A stretch of DNA of 64,000 bases from the NCBI GenBank assembly GCA_963823555.1, contig CAWGMA010000003.1:480001-544000 (forward strand). Direction: 5' to 3'. The stretch's first letter is position 1, and each line of letters opens with the position of its first letter. Below are positions 59,759 through 64,000 of this stretch, piece by piece. This DNA comes from Candidatus Eiseniibacteriota bacterium. GTDB taxonomy: Bacteria > Eisenbacteria > RBG-16-71-46 > CAVPCR01. The translations under genes and the position numbers were made by a program. The notes beneath the pieces are model-generated. The model made no database searches. It was given only the letters and a program-made list of their open reading frames with translations, and had not been told where the DNA came from.

Positions 59759-59940
59759 TGCTTGAGAATGCCAGTGAGTTCATCAAGGAAGTCAGAGTCG
59801 AGTCGACCAAGATCACATGGCCGACCCGGGCGGAGCTGCGCGAATCGACCATCGTGGTGGTCGTCACGGTCGCGATCATCTCCGTCTTCATCGCCATCGT
59901 CGATCGAGCGGTGGGGTTCCTCGTTTCTCTGCTGATCTAG
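59758..59940 (+). CDS. secE: Preprotein translocase subunit SecE
   Basis: FIKEVRVE..KITWPTRAEL, single TM; position before nusG. Confidence 0.93.
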   Translation: MLENASEFIKEVRVESTKITWPTRAELRESTIVVVVTVAIISVFIAIVDRAVGFLVSLLI

Positions 59941-60001
59941 CCAACGGGGTGAAGATGGGCGGACGCTGTCATCAGCCGGTGAGCCGCTCTGGATGGTGAG
60001 A

Positions 60002-60529
60002 ATGACCAAGCAGTGGTACGTGATCCACACCTATTCGGGACACGAGAACAAGGTCAAGATGAATATCGAGCGGGCGGTGACTTCCGCCGGCTTGCAGTCC
60101 TATTTCGGCGAAATCGTGGTTGCGACCGAGGAATTCGCCGAGATGAAGGCGGGAAAGCGCACGGTCTCGAAGCGCAAGACCTTCCCGAGCTATGTGCTCG
60201 TCGAAATGGAACTGAATACCGAGACGCGGGGGCTGGTGACCAACATCCCCGGCGTCACGCGGTTCGTGGGCACCGGCCAGAATCCAACGCCGGTGAGCGC
60301 TTCGGAGATCGATCGCATCAAGGGACGGATCGACGGCACCGACGAGGAGCTGGCGGAGGTTCCGTATCACGCGGGCGACCACGTCCAGGTCATCGATGGT
60401 CCGTTCAGTGACTTCACGGGCGTGGTCGACGAGGTGAACGCGGAGCGGCAGAAGCTCAAGGTCATGGTTTCGATTTTCGGTCGTCAGACGCCTGTGGAGC
60501 TCGATTTCCTGCAGGTCAAGAGTCTCTAG
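60002..60529 (+). CDS. nusG: Transcription factor NusG
   Basis: WYVIHTYSGHE, FPSYVLVEM, KOW DGPFSDFTG, IFGRQTPVEL. Confidence 0.97.
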   Translation: MTKQWYVIHTYSGHENKVKMNIERAVTSAGLQSYFGEIVVATEEFAEMKAGKRTVSKRKTFPSYVLVEMELNTETRGLVTNIPGVTRFVGTGQNPTPVSASEIDRIKGRIDGTDEELAEVPYHAGDHVQVIDGPFSDFTGVVDEVNAERQKLKVMVSIFGRQTPVELDFLQVKSL

Positions 60530-60669
60530 AGTCTCTAGCGTAACGAAATCTCAAACCTCCGGCTGGCATCGCTGATTGGGAGCGATGTCCCGAGCCGCGA
60601 GGGAGCGGGTTGGCGATGGCGGCGCCGATGGGATGAGCGTCGATCGCACTCCCGCGACGAGGAGATGAC

Positions 60670-61093
60670 ATGGCGAAGAAAGTGGCGGCGCTGGTCAAGT
60701 TGCAGTGTCCGGCCGGGCAGGCTAACCCCTGCCCCGCCGGTCGGCCCGGCCCTGGGGCAGCACGGCGCCAACATCATGGAGTTCTGCAAGGCGTTCAACG
60801 CCCGCACCCAGAGCCAGCAGGGGCTGATCATTCCCGTGGTGGTGACGATCTACTCGGATCGCTCATTCACCTTCATCACCAAGACCCCGCCCGCGGCCAT
60901 TCTGCTCAAGCGTGCCGCCGGCATCGCCACCGCGTCCGGCGAGCCCAACAGGAAGAAGGTTGGAGCCGTGACTCGCCAGCAGGTGCGCGAGATCGCCGAG
61001 CAGAAGATGCCTGATCTGAACGCCAATGACGTCGACATGGCGATGCGGATCATCGAAGGCACGGCCCGTAGCATGGGCATCACCGTCGAGTGA
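60670..61093 (+). CDS. rplK: 50S ribosomal protein L11; +1 frameshift at 60727-60730
   Basis: [20 protein letters not shown], then [12 protein letters not shown]...FCKAFN...KTPPAA...GTARSMG in the next frame. Confidence 0.96.
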
Positions 61094-61109
61094 GCGGGGA
61101 GGCGGAGCG

Positions 61110-61814
61110 ATGAAGCACGGCAAGCGTTATAACAAGGCTGTCAACGAAGCGGGTGAGCGGCGCCTGGTCGCGGATCTGGGCGAGGCGCTGTCCATGGTCA
61201 CCAAGATGGCCAACGCCAAGTTCGACGAAACGATCGAGATCTCGGCCAAGCTGGGCGTGGATCCGCGTCACGCCGATCAGCAGGTGCGCGGCACCGTCGT
61301 GTTGCCTCATGGTACGGGCCGCACGGTGCGCGTTCTCGTCATCGCCAAGGGTGAGAAGGTGAAGGAGGCGGAGGCGGCCGGCGCCGACATGACGGGTGGT
61401 GAAGATCTCGTGCAGAAGATCCAGGAAGGCTGGCTCGATTTCGACAAGGTCGTTGCCACCCCGGATGTCATGGGCCAGGTCGGTCGCTTGGGCAAGATCC
61501 TCGGCCCGCGTGGACTCATGCCCAACCCGAAGAGCGGCACCGTCACCTTCGATGTGTCCAAGGCGGTGCGCGATCTCAAGGCCGGGCGCATCGAGTTCCG
61601 AGTCGACAAGGGCGCCAACATCCATGCGCCGCTCGGCAAGAAGTCATTCGATCACGGCAAGCTGCGCGAGAATCTCGAGACGTTCTTGCGCGAGCTCGTG
61701 CGTGCCAGGCCCGCCGCGGCGAAGGGTCAGTACGTGCGCAGTCTGACCCTGAGCGCGACGATGAGCCCCGGCGTGCGGCTCGATGTCAACACGGTATTGA
61801 GCGCGCTCGGATAA
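61110..61814 (+). CDS. rplA: 50S ribosomal protein L1
   Basis: [36 protein letters not shown]. Confidence 0.97.
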   Translation: MKHGKRYNKAVNEAGERRLVADLGEALSMVTKMANAKFDETIEISAKLGVDPRHADQQVRGTVVLPHGTGRTVRVLVIAKGEKVKEAEAAGADMTGGEDLVQKIQEGWLDFDKVVATPDVMGQVGRLGKILGPRGLMPNPKSGTVTFDVSKAVRDLKAGRIEFRVDKGANIHAPLGKKSFDHGKLRENLETFLRELVRARPAAAKGQYVRSLTLSATMSPGVRLDVNTVLSALG

Positions 61815-61919
61815 CCGGGCCCGACGGCGGGGAATTTCACCGCCGCGCTCACCCTGGAGCCGGCGGGAGGCGGTGCGCGATGCTCTGCGAGCGGTTCGCG
61901 CCGCCGAAAAGGAGTGGAG

Positions 61920-62591
61920 ATGCCAACTCAACAGAAGATGGCTGCAATCGAAGAGCTTGTTCGCGAGTGGAGCGGCGCGCGAAGCGTCGTGCTCGCTGAC
62001 TTCATCGGCATGGATGTGGCCACCATCTCCGAGCTCAGGCGCCGCTGCCGGGCCGAGAAGGTGACCTTCCGGGTCGCCAAGAACACGCTTTCGAAGCGCG
62101 CCTTCGAACAGATGGGCATGGGCGAGCTCGGCCCGTTCCTCGAGGGACCGACCGGCGTGGCGGTGACGCACGGCGATGAGATGGCGGCCGTGCGAGTTCT
62201 CACGACCTTTGCCAAGGAGAACGAGAAGCCGCAGCTCAAGGGCGGGATGGTCGAGGGCCGGCTCTATTCTCTCGAAGAGATCAAGGTCCTGGCCAGCTTG
62301 CCGCCGCGCGATCAGCTCCTGGGCCAGCTGCTCATGACCTTCGAGGCTCCGCTGACCCAGGTGATCAGTGCCCTGAGCGGGCTCGCCAGCGATTTCATCT
62401 CGATCATCGATCAACTGGCCGAGCGGAGAGGAGGCGGCGCGGCCGCCCCGACGACGGCTCCGGAAGTGGCCGCTGCCGAGGCGGCGCCCGCGGCCGGCGA
62501 CCCGGAAGCCGGTGAGACGGCGCCGGAGATCGACAGCACCGGGCCTAGCGAGAGCCCGGCTGAAGAGAATGCCGGAGATGCCTCGGCCTAG
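61920..62591 (+). CDS. rplJ: 50S ribosomal protein L10 with acidic C-terminal extension
   Basis: VAKNTL, EGPTGVA, LASLPPRDQLL; tail about 50 aa rich in Ala/Glu/Pro. Confidence 0.93.
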   Translation: MPTQQKMAAIEELVREWSGARSVVLADFIGMDVATISELRRRCRAEKVTFRVAKNTLSKRAFEQMGMGELGPFLEGPTGVAVTHGDEMAAVRVLTTFAKENEKPQLKGGMVEGRLYSLEEIKVLASLPPRDQLLGQLLMTFEAPLTQVISALSGLASDFISIIDQLAERRGGGAAAPTTAPEVAAAEAAPAAGDPEAGETAPEIDSTGPSESPAEENAGDASA

Positions 62592-62718
62592 TGCCGGAGG
62601 TGTTCTCGGCGGGGCAGTCCCTGGTCGTTCACGGCGGATTCCGAACGCGCGAAGGCGAGGCTGCCAGCACTAAAGGTTCGTTGACCTCAATCACCAACTA
62701 GTCAGGGAGAACCAGGAG

Positions 62719-63099
62719 ATGTCGACCAAGATTGATCAGGTCTTTGAGCTCATCACGGGGATGACCGTCCTCGAGATCAATGACCTCAAGAAGAAGTTCG
62801 AAACGGAGCTGGGAATCACTGCAGCGGCGCCTGTCATGATGGGCCCGATGATGGGTGGTGCCGGCGGCGGTGCGGCGGTCGAGGAGCAGACCGAGTTCGA
62901 TGCCATCCTCACCACTGCAGGCGACAAGAAGATCCAGGTCATCAAGGTAGTGCGCGCCATCACCGGTCTCGGCCTCAAGGAGGCCAAGGACCTCGTCGAC
63001 AACGCGCCCAAGCCGATCAAGGAGAAGGTCGCCAAGGCCGAGGCCATGGACATCAAGGCCAAGGTCGAGGAAGCAGGCGGCGTCGTCGACGTCAAGTAG
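62719..63099 (+). CDS. rplL: 50S ribosomal protein L7/L12
   Basis: [32 protein letters not shown]. Confidence 0.97.
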   Translation: MSTKIDQVFELITGMTVLEINDLKKKFETELGITAAAPVMMGPMMGGAGGGAAVEEQTEFDAILTTAGDKKIQVIKVVRAITGLGLKEAKDLVDNAPKPIKEKVAKAEAMDIKAKVEEAGGVVDVK

Positions 63100-63266
63100 C
63101 AGCGTTGGGGTCGCGCGCGAACGCGCGACCCGGCAGCGGGCGGGCCGGGTCCTGCCCATCGATCAGGCGGTTGCACGCCCGTCTTGTCGGTTGGAGCAAG
63201 GGCCGGACAACTGAAACCCGCAGCGCGTATGCCTAGCGCCGCGATGGCGAGCGGCGAGAAGGGAAA

Positions 63267-64000
63267 GTGAGTTCCGTGAAGGCTGGAACCGTATCGAACG
63301 GGCGTCGGGACTTTTCGAAGATCACCGAAGAGTGGGATCTCGAGCTGCCCAATCTGCTCGATGTCCAGCTCGAGTCCTTCCGCAAGTTCCTGCAGGCCGA
63401 TGTGCCGGCGGACAAGCGGCGAAACGAGGGCCTGCAGGAGGTCTTCACCAGCATCTTCCCCATCAGCGACGCGCGGGAGATGTTCCTGCTCGAGTTCGTC
63501 CGCTATGACCTCGGGGCAGCCCAAGTACTCGGTGGACGAGTGTCAGGAGCGCGATCTCATCTTCTCCGTGCCCCTCAAGGCGACGCTCCGCCTGCATATC
63601 CGCGAGGAGGTGGACGGGGAGAAGCGGGAGAAGGAGATCATCGAGCAGGAGGTCTACCTCGGTGAGCTCCCGATCATCACCGACAAGGGGACCTTCATCA
63701 TCAACGGCGCCGAGCGGGTGATCGTGAGCCAGCTCCACCGCTCGCCGGGGGTGTTCTTCGACGAGGAGATGCATCCCAACGGGCAAGCGGCTGTTCTCGT
63801 CGCGGATCATCCCGTACCGGGGCTCGTGGGTCGAGTTCAGCATGGACGTGAACGACATCATGTACGTTCACATCGACCGCAAGCGCAAGCTACCGGTCAC
63901 CGTGCTCCTGCGTGCCCTCGGATTCGTCACGGACAAGCAGATCCTCGAGCTCTTCTACGAGTCGCAGGACGTGCGCCTCGGGGCCGGCAGCGGGGACGAG
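63267..64000 (+). CDS. rpoB: RNA polymerase beta subunit, 5' part; two +1 frameshifts near 63510 and 63781; runs off the right edge
   Basis: [17 protein letters not shown], then [32 protein letters not shown], then [25 protein letters not shown]. Confidence 0.96.

Noticed and set aside
61815..61919. L10 leader RNA
   Set aside because: A hairpin GGCGG-ggaatttca-CCGCC is present at the expected place, but the consensus kink-turn motif could not be recognised with confidence.

Overview
High-GC bacterial chromosomal segment, probably from a metagenome assembly. It looks like a diderm of the Eisenbacteria/Krumholzibacteria/Latescibacteria type; this is inferred from FlgD-Ig-tailed secreted proteins, a C-terminal TWGxxKxxY motif, spoVG and a GT9 gene. 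The backbone is housekeeping: iscS-like, queG, tsaD, priA, ilvC, rho-rpmE-DUF1385-prfA-prmC-murA, selB, ispG, spoVG, rqcH, yicC-gmk-coaBC-udg-dnaB, radA, ispDF, ddl, cysS, four tRNAs (Thr, Tyr, Gly, Thr), tuf-rpmG-secE-nusG-rplKAJL and the start of rpoB. Stand-alone secreted-protein genes are interspersed, most with their own terminator: two paralogous M4/M36-like zinc peptidases, an S8 peptidase and an Omp28-like CxxC protein (all four with the same C-terminal FlgD-Ig/T9SS-CTD-like tail), a TWGxxK-tailed protein, a beta-propeller protein and a DUF4838 protein. There is also a sigma54-driven REC-GGDEF module and a membrane PP2C phosphatase. Ten +1 frameshifts in six genes (queG, tsaD, REC-GGDEF, tuf, rplK, rpoB) can all be read as two synonymous codons merged into four bases, so they are most likely consensus artefacts rather than pseudogenes. 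No CRISPR array, IS, integrase or prophage was seen.
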